IMG/VR virus record: IMGVR_UViG_3300027741_000087 | Span: 1 to 54,024 of that record | DNA: 54,024 bases | Strand: one strand, 5' to 3' | Source of the DNA: a virus | Lineage: Duplodnaviria > Caudoviricetes | Shown: piece by piece, positions 1 through 10,213 of the stretch | Layout of the letters: every line of letters starts with the position of its first letter | Numbering within the stretch: the first letter of the stretch is position 1 | The notes under the pieces: model-generated | What the model was told of the DNA's origin: nothing | Database searches by the model: none | Seen by the model: the letters and a program-made list of their open reading frames with translations, nothing else | Position numbers and translations under genes: made by a program

Positions 1-348
1 CCCCCTGTTGGGCTTGCCCTGGAGAGATTACAACAATGCTTTCTTGAAGGAATCAATAAAGAGGTTCTTTATATAAGAGCAGAAGACTTAACCAGTTATC
101 CAGACAGAGAAATGAATAAAGTTTATGAATATCTAGGACTCAATCCTTATAAGCATGACTTTGATAATGTTGAACAGAGTATTAAAGAGGATGATTCTGT
201 CTATGGTCTAACCAAGGACTTACACACAATTAAAAGAAAGGTTCAACCTTTGACACCTGATTATAATCAAATTTTAGGTAAACAGGTATGTGACTGGATT
301 GATAATACCTTCTCTTGGTACCAGCAAGGGTTTGGTTATACCAAGTAA
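1..348 (+). CDS. Sulfotransferase-family protein, C-terminal part (5' end outside window)
   Basis: Frame is open from base 1 (PPVGLALERLQQ...YIRAEDLTSYPDREMNKVYEYLGL..HDFDNVEQ..EDD.VYG...LHTI), a pattern typical of the C-terminal half of phage sulfotransferases. Confidence 0.7.
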   Translation, partial: PPVGLALERLQQCFLEGINKEVLYIRAEDLTSYPDREMNKVYEYLGLNPYKHDFDNVEQSIKEDDSVYGLTKDLHTIKRKVQPLTPDYNQILGKQVCDWIDNTFSWYQQGFGYTK

Positions 349-351
349 GAG

Positions 352-594
352 TTATGCAAACTGGACAGTACCAGCATCAATAAGCTCTTTAGCTCTTTGA
401 AGGGCTGATTCATTAGTCCATATTCCAGCTAAAGCATACTCTTCAGCACCTCTCCAAAGGACAATATCCCTCCAGATATTATCAATAGTAGCTGTAATGA
501 TTTTTTCAGCTGAATTATCAACAACTTGTCTAAGGGAAAAGTTATTTGTATCAATGTCGATTGTTCTTGCAGGTTCTAGAATAAGTGTTGCCAT
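352..594 (-). CDS. Small hypothetical protein, paralog of 23846..24085
   Basis: Shares EKI.A.I....R.(I/V)VLW.G..EYA.A..WTNESA..RA.E with the 23.8-kb ORF; TAAATA motif just upstream. Confidence 0.75.
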   Translation of the reverse strand: MATLILEPARTIDIDTNNFSLRQVVDNSAEKIITATIDNIWRDIVLWRGAEEYALAGIWTNESALQRAKELIDAGTVQFA

Positions 595-607
595 ATAATA
601 TTATTTA

Positions 608-3600
608 TTACAGACTCCTTACAAACGTTCCATTAAACTGAGGACCAACGGTTGGTCCAGAATTTTCGTTTGTTACTGTACTTGATGAACCTTGGTTTAG
701 ATACAATTCAAAGTAATCAGTTGATCCATTAGCTGATACAATCTGGGATATTGTTAATCCAACACCAGCTGTGTTTAATGGCATACGACTGCCTCTCTTA
801 AATTCAGCACCATTTTTGTATATAGCAAATATTACAGATGATGTTGCAGGTGCACCTACTGATAGCTGTATAGAGCCATTCAATTGATAATAACCAGCAA
901 TAGTTGGTGTAAACCTACCACTGAAACCTGTATTAAGTGTTGTATTAAAGTTATTATTTGTATCTGTTTCTGTTGTATCAATAACTACTTTAGTCCAGAC
1001 ACTAGTTGGGAATGTGATGGCTTTAGTACCATAACCACTGAATACTGGAGGATTGCTATAGACAATACCCTGAGCACTTAAATTGTTTACATAAGTTGTA
1101 TTGATCTGGGTAGCACTTAAACCAGTACCAAGAATAAAGGTATTAGCAAAACCCTTTGTATCATTACCAGAACCTGCTGCAATGAAGGAATATCTACCTG
1201 AGTTTGTGTTTTTATAACCACCAGTAATAGATGAATAAATGCCTGATGCTGTATTACTAATACCACCAAGTATTGATGCAGCTATTGCACATGTTATAAT
1301 GTTACCATTTCCTCCTGCAATTGTACTATTACAACTAACATTAAGTATCAAATTATTAATACCACCACCAATTGTCGCATAGGTACCTGAGCAAATTTTA
1401 TTACTTATACCACCAGCAATTGTACTATAGTTACTAAGAATACCATTTGAACTTCCTCCACCAATTGTATTTAAACAGTTAGAGGCACAATTACATAAAC
1501 CACCACCAATAGTAATATGAGGTGAATTACCAACAAAATTTCTAAAGCCACCACCAATTGTACCATAACATCCTGAGTTTGTATTTAAAACACCACCTCC
1601 AATAAAGTTATTACATCCAATTAAGTTAACACATCTATCATAGACCCAAATGTTACATGCACTTAATCCAGATGATGTACAGGTACTATAATCACCATTA
1701 ATAATAATACAGTTAGCAGCATTAGTACAAATGTTAGCTGTTGTAAAGCATGCTGATGATAAAGATGAGTTGGCTGTACCTGATGTCATCCAAACAAGAG
1801 TTACAGCATTTTGTGTACCAGAATTACTAAAGCATGAACCAATACCAGTTTGAATCAGTGCTGTACGAGAGCCATTACCAGATATTGAAGCAGCTGTTGT
1901 AAGGTTTGATGGAATACATCCACCAGTATGATTAAAGGCACCACCATGAATATCAGAGTTAAATGATGGATTGTAATTAAATCTACCACCAATGAGTGTA
2001 TTGTATCTACCTGATGCTGTATTACAAATACCTGTACCAACGAGGGAATAAACACCTGATGCTGTATTACAGACACCAGAACCTACAAAGGAATATGGTG
2101 CTGCAACACTTCCACTATTACCATTAACAATAGTACTATAGCAACCTGATGCTGTATTTTTATTACCACCACCAATAAAGGAATTATTTGCTGATATTAT
2201 ATTATTACTACCACCACCAATAAAGGAATTAACAGAATTGTTTGTTGGTATACATAATGTATTGTTACTTCCACCAACAATTGTGTTATTTACTGATGAT
2301 TGATAAGACAGAATATTTACTGTTGGTGGGGGGTTTGAGGCAGATATATTAATATATGGACCTGTTATTCCACTTAAACCAGATAAACTTGACTGATATG
2401 CTTGGGCTCCTCCACTACCAAAATACCAAACACCATTACTACCACCTGTATAATATAAACCCCAAGTAGGACCAGTATATAAAGATGGATTTGAATAGGT
2501 ATATACTCCATTGAAGTTTGAACTTCCAGCATTATAAGCAGATAATTGATATATTACAGGAGCAACAATATTATTATTCTGTCCACCAAGAATGCTATTA
2601 TAATTACCAGATACTATATTGCTTCCTGTTAATGGAACAATTGATGAACCAGAAAGAGTAAAGGCTTGGGATGAAAGTTTTGAGTATAAGGAAGCTGCTG
2701 AAGCTTGGGTTAAGAATGTACCAGAATTAGTACTATAAGAAGTATATGTATTATTCCACTGACTACTATTATTGGTTGCATCATATACTAAGCCTTGTGA
2801 ACTCAGGTTATTAACATATGTAAAGTTAGCTTGGTTTGCACTTAAACCAGTACCTAAGATAAAGGTATTAGCAAATCCCTTAGTATCATTACCAGAACCT
2901 GCTGCAATGAAGGAATATCTACCTGAGTTTGTGTTTTTAAAACCACCAGTAATAGATGAATAAACACCTGATGCTGTATTACACTGACCACCAACAACTG
3001 TTGAATAGTTACCTGAAGCTGTGTGACTTCTACCACCAGCTATTACTGCTGCGATTGCATTTGATGCAATATTGTTGTTACTTCCACCTGATATAACAGA
3101 TCTTGCACCACATGCATTGTTTGCCAAACCTCCACCCACAGTTGCACATGCTGAAGCTGTATTAGAACTACCACCAGCAACAGTACTATAGTTACCTGAT
3201 GCTGTATTCTTATTACCACCAACAGCTACAGCATAGTTGCCTGTAGCACATACTCCAGACCCTGCTCCTACAAATGTTGCATAACCTGTAGCACAACTAC
3301 TGAATCCATTAACAATTGTTGAATATGTTCCAGATGCTAAATTACATTGACCTCCTAAGACTTCTGAGAATGTATTATTAGCTGTATTAGAACCAATAAG
3401 AGTTGTTGTCGAGGAGAGCGATTGATTGAGAATATGAGGATTTGTAGAAAGGGATTGGTAAGCTGTATTCCAGTTACCTGATACAGAATTAATAGCAGTA
3501 TATTGTACAAATGAGCTAGAGGCATTTTGATACACGCTCGTTGGCAATAAAGTAGCGGTAGAAGATGCTACACTTGTTTGGTAGCTACTAAAATCTGTAT

Positions 3601-5770
3601 TTTTAACTAGCTGAGATGTCAGTGTACTAACATTTGTATTAGTAGCAAATTTAGTCCCTGTAATCTTAGAATCAGCTAAAGATGTAATCCAAGAAGGATC
3701 TGAGTATGATTGATTCGTATATACACCGTTAGTAACAGTATCTGCGTTGCCTGTTACATTACCGATTAGATTAGCACTCAAGCTATCGACAACTAGGTTC
3801 TTATCATTCCAATCGATATTAGAAGCAGAAGCAGGCTCTGTCGTTAATCCAGAGAATAAAGTCCAAACACCTGGTATACCTTGTCCGGCTCTTCTCACTA
3901 AGCCTGTATGGTTGTAGCCAAGAGGTGCTTGTGTAAAGTGGGACACAAAACCTGTGTCGAGAACATTGCTACCGTAATTATCGTTGTTAAGATAGATAAG
4001 ATTATCACCAACAATAAGATTATCGGTGTTAATATACGTAGCAGAACCTGCGATGCTAAGATTGCCAATAATCGATACATCACCAGGGAATATCGCACTA
4101 CTTGGAAGACTTAATGTAACAGTAGAGCCGTTTGTAGAAGCATTAATCTGATTAGCTGTACCGTTTACATTTTGAATAAATGAACTAGAAGCGCTTTGAT
4201 AGGCTGTGGATACATTATAAGCTGAACTCCAATTACCGCTATTACCACCGACAGTTGTATAGGTTGAATTCCAATTTCCTGATACACTTAAGAAGCTTAA
4301 ATCATATCCGCTCAAATAAGCTGACGAATTTGATACTAAATTTGTATATGCCGTATTCCAGAAATTAGATGAGAGGTTTAGTGCTGTTGTTGAAGCATAA
4401 GCGCTATTCCAATTACCAGATACTGATAGGAAAGAGAGGTCAACCGGTACACTACTGAGGGAAGCTAATGATACTGTATTACCGTTAGAAATAGATAAAT
4501 TGTAGGAAGAAGGATTGTATGTTAATGTCTGACTATCTGTTTCATGGGTAATAAAAATCTGATCGAGATTTCTACCACCTGAAAGAATATTACCGCTAGT
4601 ATTAATAGAGCCGCTTACATTAAGCGTATTACTAGGCCCTGTTATATTACCCTGGTCATCTAATGTCCATGTATAGTTGTCAGCTGTCTTAAAGACAATC
4701 GTATTACTAACACTATCAAATGATATCGAATCACCGCCATTATCATACGCAATAAAACCATGCGGTGTTAAAGCAACTTGCGTATAAGCAGAGAGAGAAG
4801 CATTTTCAGACTCTAATATAATCTCCGTATCGTCAGTTGAACGAATGATATTATTAGGGAATTGCAGAGTGCCATCAGAATTGAGAATAAGAGATGAAGG
4901 ACCGGCTATTAATCGATCACCATAACCACCCCCACCGCCGCTAAAGATGCTAGATAAATCAACACCTGCAGAAAGATACTTCCCGGTAACATTTAAGCTA
5001 CCATTCATCGTACCACCGTTGGCAAACTGCTGAGCTACAGAACCACCACCTCCACCGAGATCAAGAATTCTCTTAGCATAAGCTTTAACATCATCAAGCA
5101 TTTTCGATGTCTGTAGCTCGACCTGCTGAGTGATCAAAGTCTTAATATCATTCTGCTTTGTTACCTTCTTCGGACCTTTCTTTTCTTCACCTATTGCCTT
5201 TAACTCTTTGACATATGGTTGTTCACTGTCTTCTGCTTTAACCGTGGTTTTTACCTCTACAGGCTTTTTCTCTTCTAACTCAACAGGTTGAACGACCGGC
5301 TCTTCCTTTTGTACCTCTATCTCTTTAACGTCGTTATCAATTATTGATTGAAGCTCCTTCTTACGCTCATCTTCTGGCTTTTCTTTTAATTCAGTTATAA
5401 AGCCTATTGCAGCATCTTTAATATTCTGCTCCTTTTTACTCTTAACGATTGTCTGAAGCCTGTCAATAAAGTTGTTAAATGGATCCTCTTCTGTAGCTTC
5501 AACAACGGACACAGCTTCGACCTTTTCAACTTTTACAGGCTCCTCTACAGGTTCAACCGTTTCAGTGACTGTTTGCTGTTTAATAAGATCTTGTTTTTCT
5601 TTTAGATTTTTATTAAGAGTTAATAGAAAACGAGCGAAAGGATCTGTAGGCTCTTCAACAGCTTCTACAACTACAGTAGCTTGTTCGCTAACTTGTTCAA
5701 TGGTAGATGGTTCTTCTACCGACTTAGCGTTATTCGCTTGTTTATAAAATTCAATAATATCTTCTGACAT
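608..5770 (-). CDS. Giant fibre/virion-surface protein: acidic coiled-coil N-terminus, W-N-x-A-Y repeats, GG-N-x-A-S-G beta-solenoid repeats, C-terminal C1q/TNF-like domain
   Basis: 1720-aa ORF; C-terminus PPVFSGY...WTKVVIDT...GRFTPTIAGYYQLNGSI is C1q-like; modules shared with neighbouring fibre genes. Confidence 0.7.
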   Translation of the reverse strand: MSEDIIEFYKQANNAKSVEEPSTIEQVSEQATVVVEAVEEPTDPFARFLLTLNKNLKEKQDLIKQQTVTETVEPVEEPVKVEKVEAVSVVEATEEDPFNNFIDRLQTIVKSKKEQNIKDAAIGFITELKEKPEDERKKELQSIIDNDVKEIEVQKEEPVVQPVELEEKKPVEVKTTVKAEDSEQPYVKELKAIGEEKKGPKKVTKQNDIKTLITQQVELQTSKMLDDVKAYAKRILDLGGGGGSVAQQFANGGTMNGSLNVTGKYLSAGVDLSSIFSGGGGGYGDRLIAGPSSLILNSDGTLQFPNNIIRSTDDTEIILESENASLSAYTQVALTPHGFIAYDNGGDSISFDSVSNTIVFKTADNYTWTLDDQGNITGPSNTLNVSGSINTSGNILSGGRNLDQIFITHETDSQTLTYNPSSYNLSISNGNTVSLASLSSVPVDLSFLSVSGNWNSAYASTTALNLSSNFWNTAYTNLVSNSSAYLSGYDLSFLSVSGNWNSTYTTVGGNSGNWSSAYNVSTAYQSASSSFIQNVNGTANQINASTNGSTVTLSLPSSAIFPGDVSIIGNLSIAGSATYINTDNLIVGDNLIYLNNDNYGSNVLDTGFVSHFTQAPLGYNHTGLVRRAGQGIPGVWTLFSGLTTEPASASNIDWNDKNLVVDSLSANLIGNVTGNADTVTNGVYTNQSYSDPSWITSLADSKITGTKFATNTNVSTLTSQLVKNTDFSSYQTSVASSTATLLPTSVYQNASSSFVQYTAINSVSGNWNTAYQSLSTNPHILNQSLSSTTTLIGSNTANNTFSEVLGGQCNLASGTYSTIVNGFSSCATGYATFVGAGSGVCATGNYAVAVGGNKNTASGNYSTVAGGSSNTASACATVGGGLANNACGARSVISGGSNNNIASNAIAAVIAGGRSHTASGNYSTVVGGQCNTASGVYSSITGGFKNTNSGRYSFIAAGSGNDTKGFANTFILGTGLSANQANFTYVNNLSSQGLVYDATNNSSQWNNTYTSYSTNSGTFLTQASAASLYSKLSSQAFTLSGSSIVPLTGSNIVSGNYNSILGGQNNNIVAPVIYQLSAYNAGSSNFNGVYTYSNPSLYTGPTWGLYYTGGSNGVWYFGSGGAQAYQSSLSGLSGITGPYINISASNPPPTVNILSYQSSVNNTIVGGSNNTLCIPTNNSVNSFIGGGSNNIISANNSFIGGGNKNTASGCYSTIVNGNSGSVAAPYSFVGSGVCNTASGVYSLVGTGICNTASGRYNTLIGGRFNYNPSFNSDIHGGAFNHTGGCIPSNLTTAASISGNGSRTALIQTGIGSCFSNSGTQNAVTLVWMTSGTANSSLSSACFTTANICTNAANCIIINGDYSTCTSSGLSACNIWVYDRCVNLIGCNNFIGGGVLNTNSGCYGTIGGGFRNFVGNSPHITIGGGLCNCASNCLNTIGGGSSNGILSNYSTIAGGISNKICSGTYATIGGGINNLILNVSCNSTIAGGNGNIITCAIAASILGGISNTASGIYSSITGGYKNTNSGRYSFIAAGSGNDTKGFANTFILGTGLSATQINTTYVNNLSAQGIVYSNPPVFSGYGTKAITFPTSVWTKVVIDTTETDTNNNFNTTLNTGFSGRFTPTIAGYYQLNGSIQLSVGAPATSSVIFAIYKNGAEFKRGSRMPLNTAGVGLTISQIVSANGSTDYFELYLNQGSSSTVTNENSGPTVGPQFNGTFVRSL
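1113..2982. repeat. Internal ~145-bp direct repeat in fibre gene (about 1113-1257 and 2838-2982)
   Basis: Both copies encode NTASG(I/V)YSSITGG(Y/F)KNTNSGRYSFIAAGSGNDTKGFANTFILGTGLSA. Confidence 0.85.
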
Positions 5771-5804
5771 GTGAAAGCTTGTGATTATTTATCATAAGAA
5801 GCTT

Positions 5805-6005
5805 TCATGTCAATACAAATAAGAAATTCTTGCAATCTATAAAACGAGCATATAAATTTGTTAATAGTAAATTAGCTAAGGTAACAGCAAGAGGGGTAAC
5901 AGTTTCCGGGGCTTCAAGCCCTTCCATAATGGCTTTATGCTCTTTCTCAATATTAATCTTCTGGGAAAGATTAGATAGAAAGCTTAATAACGGATCTTGT
6001 TCCAC
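5805..6005 (-). pseudogene. Probable truncated fragment resembling a fibre N-terminus
   Basis: DPLLSFLSNLSQKI resembles the DPFARFLLTLNKNL and DPFNNFIDRLQTIV segments of the 1720-aa ORF; GTG start after TAAATA. Confidence 0.4.
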
Positions 6006-6086
6006 GCTATTATTTACTTAAAAAGTAATGCAATTCTAGTACGCTATTACGACAATTTAGCACCTGTAACATAATAATGATTTATC

Positions 6087-6125
6087 TTTTCTTGGTATCA
6101 GCAAGGTTTTGGTTATACTAAGTAG
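6087..6125 (+). pseudogene. Duplicated 3' end of the sulfotransferase gene (FSWYQQGFGYTK*)
   Basis: Matches 310..348 codon for codon with only synonymous differences. Confidence 0.8.
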
Positions 6126-6891
6126 AAGAGACTTTATTATAAAGCTCCACATCATCAGCATAGTATTGTTGTAGTTTTGCTATTTGATCTGATGTTAAAA
6201 CAGGTTTAAGATTTAATCCTTTATTAAGAAAGGGGAGAGGGTTATCAAGATCTAATATATTTGCAATAGGTGTGAGATCTTTTGCAAAATCGTAATATGT
6301 AATATTAGATATATTTTTAACAAATAAAGTTTGTAGTCTAAAGTGCGGATCTACCCCTTCTTTATTTTGAGAAATTAACCAAGAAATAAAAGAATCAATA
6401 TCTAATTGTGGTAAACTTTTTAAATTCATAGCAAACGCGGAAATAAACCTATCAATAGGGTCTCTTATAATCGCATGACAAGTTCCTGTTGGTCTTGCAG
6501 AAAATTTTATTAAATTAAACTTTTTATTAATTGCGTCTTCAATAGAGGAAGAAGCGTTTTTTGCTATTTTACACCATGAATTACCATTATTTAAATCTAC
6601 CCAAAAAGCTTCTGGAGAGTAATTCGATGTATTCAATAAATAGCCATCAGGAATAGGGGGTATAAAAGCATCTAATTCTCTATCATATGTAAAACCAATT
6701 CCTGCATAATTACCTCGCAATGCTATACCGTTATCTGGTTGCATTGTGTCAGGAGAATAATGTAACCCGCCTAAAGTGTTATAAGAGGTTTGTATCCAAT
6801 CTTGCGCATCAGGAAGCGAAGCAATTAAATCAGCTTCAGCAACGATAACGCTATCGACTATATTGTTGGTAATATGGGCGTAATGACTCAT
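6118..6891 (-). CDS. Phage M(A/S)H(F/Y)A-type small domain fused to a Sulfotransfer_2-like sulfotransferase domain
   Basis: N-terminal WIQTSYNT...RGNYAGIGFTYD..LDAFIPP; C-terminal KNASSSI (5'-PSB), IRDPIDRFISAF (3'-PB), DPHFRLQ, YYADDVELY. Confidence 0.7.
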   Translation of the reverse strand: MSHYAHITNNIVDSVIVAEADLIASLPDAQDWIQTSYNTLGGLHYSPDTMQPDNGIALRGNYAGIGFTYDRELDAFIPPIPDGYLLNTSNYSPEAFWVDLNNGNSWCKIAKNASSSIEDAINKKFNLIKFSARPTGTCHAIIRDPIDRFISAFAMNLKSLPQLDIDSFISWLISQNKEGVDPHFRLQTLFVKNISNITYYDFAKDLTPIANILDLDNPLPFLNKGLNLKPVLTSDQIAKLQQYYADDVELYNKVSST

Positions 6892-7739
6892 GCTGTATAA
6901 TAAAGAGTTGTTAAGAAAGTTATAACTGTATTAGAACCATTTATAGTTTTTGTATATTGGGTATTTATTGTTGCAGGTGTTGTTCTATCTGTAGTGATGT
7001 TATTGTCTCCTGAATAATTTGAAGTAGGTATAGAGATAATTATAACTCCGGAACCCCCATTTCCACCTTTTCCGTTATATGCACCACCACCACCGCCGCC
7101 TCCACCGGTATTCGGAGTTCCGGAGGTTGCGGTTAAACCTCTTCCAGCATTAGTTCCTTTACCACCTCCACCAGCACCTCCTGATCCACCAGTTCCTGAA
7201 ACAACTTGATTTGTACACCCACCGCCACCTCCTGCGTATGAAGTAGGTGTTCCTGTAATTGAACTTAATAATCCATCTCCACCATTAGCACCATCATTAG
7301 TTGTCGCATCGGCTCCCACAGCACCAGCACCTCCACCACCGCTTCCTCCACAATTATTAAAATCAGTACCTTGTCCACCAGCGTTTCCTTGGCCAGATGT
7401 ACCAGCAGCCGGAGTTGCTGTTCCACCGGCACCATCCCCACCGCCACTACCTCCAGTTATACCGCCGCCGAGATTGGTTCCACCTCCTCCTCCACCAACA
7501 GTTGTTATAGTTGAAAAAGATGATGTTGTACCGTTTGCCCCTACATTAGAATTATTACCAGCTCCCCCTGATCCGACGATTGCAAGATAGGAAATACCTG
7601 GAGTTAACTTGATAGATGATCCAGAGAGTAATCCTCCTGCACCACCACCACCACCGTTATTGCCTCCACCAGCGCCACCACCAGCAACAATAAGATAATT
7701 TGCAAATATCACCTGTCGAGATATAAAATGAAAAGCCAT
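6888..7739 (-). CDS. Glycine-rich domain protein (putative virion surface)
   Basis: YLIVAGGGAGG...GGGGGAGG...TPNTGGGGGG...GGSGVIII pattern. Confidence 0.75.
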   Translation of the reverse strand: MAFHFISRQVIFANYLIVAGGGAGGGNNGGGGGAGGLLSGSSIKLTPGISYLAIVGSGGAGNNSNVGANGTTSSFSTITTVGGGGGGTNLGGGITGGSGGGDGAGGTATPAAGTSGQGNAGGQGTDFNNCGGSGGGGAGAVGADATTNDGANGGDGLLSSITGTPTSYAGGGGGCTNQVVSGTGGSGGAGGGGKGTNAGRGLTATSGTPNTGGGGGGGGAYNGKGGNGGSGVIIISIPTSNYSGDNNITTDRTTPATINTQYTKTINGSNTVITFLTTLYYTA

Positions 7740-7742
7740 ATA

Positions 7743-8570
7743 CTATTTTATTAACGAGTTATATAAATCTACATCATTAGCGTAGAACGCTTGTAGTTTA
7801 GATATTTGCTCGTTTGTTAATGCTGGTTTCGAATCTGGTGATGACAGGTTAATAGTAGGTAGCGATGAAAGACCTAAAGCTGTAGCAAGAGCGGGTAAAT
7901 CTCTATTAAAAGCAAAATAATTTACCTTCTCTACATCTTTGATAACAAGTGTTTGTGGTCTGAAGTGAAGATCGAGAGCTTGTGGATCTTGAACTATAAT
8001 CCAGTCAATTAGATCGGATAAGTTTGAATCCTGTGGTACCCCGTGTTTATTAGATGTATAAGCTGACAGAAAACGATCAATAGGATCTCTTATAACCGCG
8101 TAACAATCACCAGACGGGGTACCAGTCATTTGAAGTAATGTTCTATTCGGGTTAGAGAGACTATTTGTAGGTATACTATAAAGCTCTGTTAAGATGGTCG
8201 AACTAATAGAGCTAGATGCATTTTTATAAATCATAGCCCAATATGTTCCATTAGGTAAAGCAACCCAATTTGATTCCCAGCTATATAGAGAAGGGTTAAA
8301 AGAAGTGCCTTCCTGTTTTGGAGGGATAAAGGCATCTAGATTTGAATCATAAGTGAATCCGATTCCAGCATAATTTCCACGAAAGCCTTTTGTCCAAGTA
8401 GGTAACCTATCTTCACTAACACGCATGCCCCTTAAAGTGTTATAACTGGTTTGCTTAAGCGTATATCCATATAAAGCCGATAATTCGTCTTCTCTATTAT
8501 TCCAAGAATCATCAACAGGGAATACACCTGTAACGGTATTATTTTCATCAAGTTGTGCGAAGTTTGCCAT
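7743..8570 (-). CDS. Paralog of 6118..6891: small phage domain plus sulfotransferase domain
   Basis: MANFAQLDENN..QTSYNT..RGNYAGIGFTYD; KNASSSI, IRDPIDRFLSAY, HFRPQ. Confidence 0.7.
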   Translation of the reverse strand: MANFAQLDENNTVTGVFPVDDSWNNREDELSALYGYTLKQTSYNTLRGMRVSEDRLPTWTKGFRGNYAGIGFTYDSNLDAFIPPKQEGTSFNPSLYSWESNWVALPNGTYWAMIYKNASSSISSTILTELYSIPTNSLSNPNRTLLQMTGTPSGDCYAVIRDPIDRFLSAYTSNKHGVPQDSNLSDLIDWIIVQDPQALDLHFRPQTLVIKDVEKVNYFAFNRDLPALATALGLSSLPTINLSSPDSKPALTNEQISKLQAFYANDVDLYNSLIK

Positions 8571-8571
8571 A

Positions 8572-10206
8572 TTAATTGGTAAATGTAAAAGTTATAGTTG
8601 ATCCAGCTGGAGCTGATTTAATTATTAATGTATTGTATCCAGCTATAGCTGTCGATACTGTGTATGAAACAGCACCGGCGAAAGAATATGACCCATATGT
8701 AGGTACTTGAATAATAACAATACCTGATCCACCGTTTCCTGAACTATAGACGAAGTTATTGCTGTTTGAATAATAACTCCAGTCGCCGGCACCACCTCCG
8801 TCACCGGTATTCTGTCTCCCGCTTGCACCATCCGCATTATTTTGACCACCGCCATTACCACCTATACCTAATGTAGATAACGTACCGGTAATTGTTGTGC
8901 TTATACCTATACCGCCGATACCTCCAACGGATCCACCTGGATCGTTTTGCCCGTTACCACCAGCGCCCGCACCACCTCCACCGTTACTGACGTTGTTCCC
9001 GTTGCTGTATCCGCCTGTATAACGTGCATTACTACCACCGGTGCTACCAGGTGCCTTACCACCGCCAGTAGCTGTAACAGTATGGAAAATAGAACCGGTA
9101 CCTGATGTAGCGCTATTAGCGTTACCGGGCCCGGTTCTGTTTCCGGAACCACCGCCGCCGACAGATAGTATATACGGTATACCGCTTCGAAGAGTATCAA
9201 GCGTACCGATTGTTACTATTCCTGCAGCTCCACCGCCTTGTGATGCTGTTCCACCGCCGCCACCTGCACCACCGCCAGCTACTAAATAATTAACCATAAA
9301 CGGAATGCGATTAATTAATCTAGCATTATTCGTAGTATAACCGGAAAATGTAGCTGTTGATGCTCCTGCTGTTGTAAAAGTATGTGTAAAATAACAGCTA
9401 CCAGCACTAGCAAACGAGGTTACTGTATTACCCCCGGAAAATAATTGCTTTCTAGAAGGTGATTTATATTGCATAATAACAACTCCACTTCCCCCATTAC
9501 AACTAGTACTACCACCAGCACCGCCACCTCCACCTGTATTAGGTGTACCTGCTGTAGCTGCTACATAAGATCCATTGGGAAGTAAAACAGCTCCACAGCC
9601 TCCACCTCCAAGACCACAACAGCCGCCTATAATTGGGCTAACATCTGGGTGCACTTGTGTACCACCCCCACCACCACCGATATAATATTTACCTGCTGAT
9701 AATTGACCAATTGTTGAGTTTAATATAGGGTTTTGTATACCTATACCACCAGCACCTCCAAAGGGTATAGATCCCCCCCCGCCATTAGTATTTCCGTTTA
9801 AACCAACTCCTCCTGCTCCTCCACCTCCACCATAACCAAAACATGTGTTATAACAGCCGCTACCACTACCTCCTGAAAAACCTTGACCTAGAGTACCTAA
9901 ACCACCATAAATACCACCGCCGCCGGATCCACCGTTTGAACCACTAGTGTAACCACTCGCCGTTGAGCCAACACCGCCTCCAATTGCTGTTAATGAACCA
10001 AATATAGAATTTTGCCCATTATTTGCAACCCCTCCTGCTCCTACATAAACATAGAAAGCACAGCTTGTAAGAGGAGATGCAGACAAGCTACTAGTTAATA
10101 TACCACCAGCGCCTCCGCCTCCGCCACATCCTGATCCGCCTCCACCTACTACAAGAGCACATACACTTATAGGTAGTGGGTCTCTTGTTATAAAATGAGT
10201 AGGCAT
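8572..10206 (-). CDS. Glycine-rich protein with two tandem Gly-rich domains
   Basis: Two (L/Y)(V/L)V(G/A)GGG...GGSG(V/I)VI units. Confidence 0.75.
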   Translation of the reverse strand: MPTHFITRDPLPISVCALVVGGGGSGCGGGGGAGGILTSSLSASPLTSCAFYVYVGAGGVANNGQNSIFGSLTAIGGGVGSTASGYTSGSNGGSGGGGIYGGLGTLGQGFSGGSGSGCYNTCFGYGGGGGAGGVGLNGNTNGGGGSIPFGGAGGIGIQNPILNSTIGQLSAGKYYIGGGGGGTQVHPDVSPIIGGCCGLGGGGCGAVLLPNGSYVAATAGTPNTGGGGGAGGSTSCNGGSGVVIMQYKSPSRKQLFSGGNTVTSFASAGSCYFTHTFTTAGASTATFSGYTTNNARLINRIPFMVNYLVAGGGAGGGGGTASQGGGAAGIVTIGTLDTLRSGIPYILSVGGGGSGNRTGPGNANSATSGTGSIFHTVTATGGGKAPGSTGGSNARYTGGYSNGNNVSNGGGGAGAGGNGQNDPGGSVGGIGGIGISTTITGTLSTLGIGGNGGGQNNADGASGRQNTGDGGGAGDWSYYSNSNNFVYSSGNGGSGIVIIQVPTYGSYSFAGAVSYTVSTAIAGYNTLIIKSAPAGSTITFTFTN

Positions 10207-10213
10207 ATCTTTA

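Noticed and set aside
1113-2982. Diversity-generating retroelement TR/VR pair (also 51423/52116)
   Set aside because: No reverse transcriptase in the window; both copies are coding within one ORF and differences are mostly synonymous rather than adenine-specific
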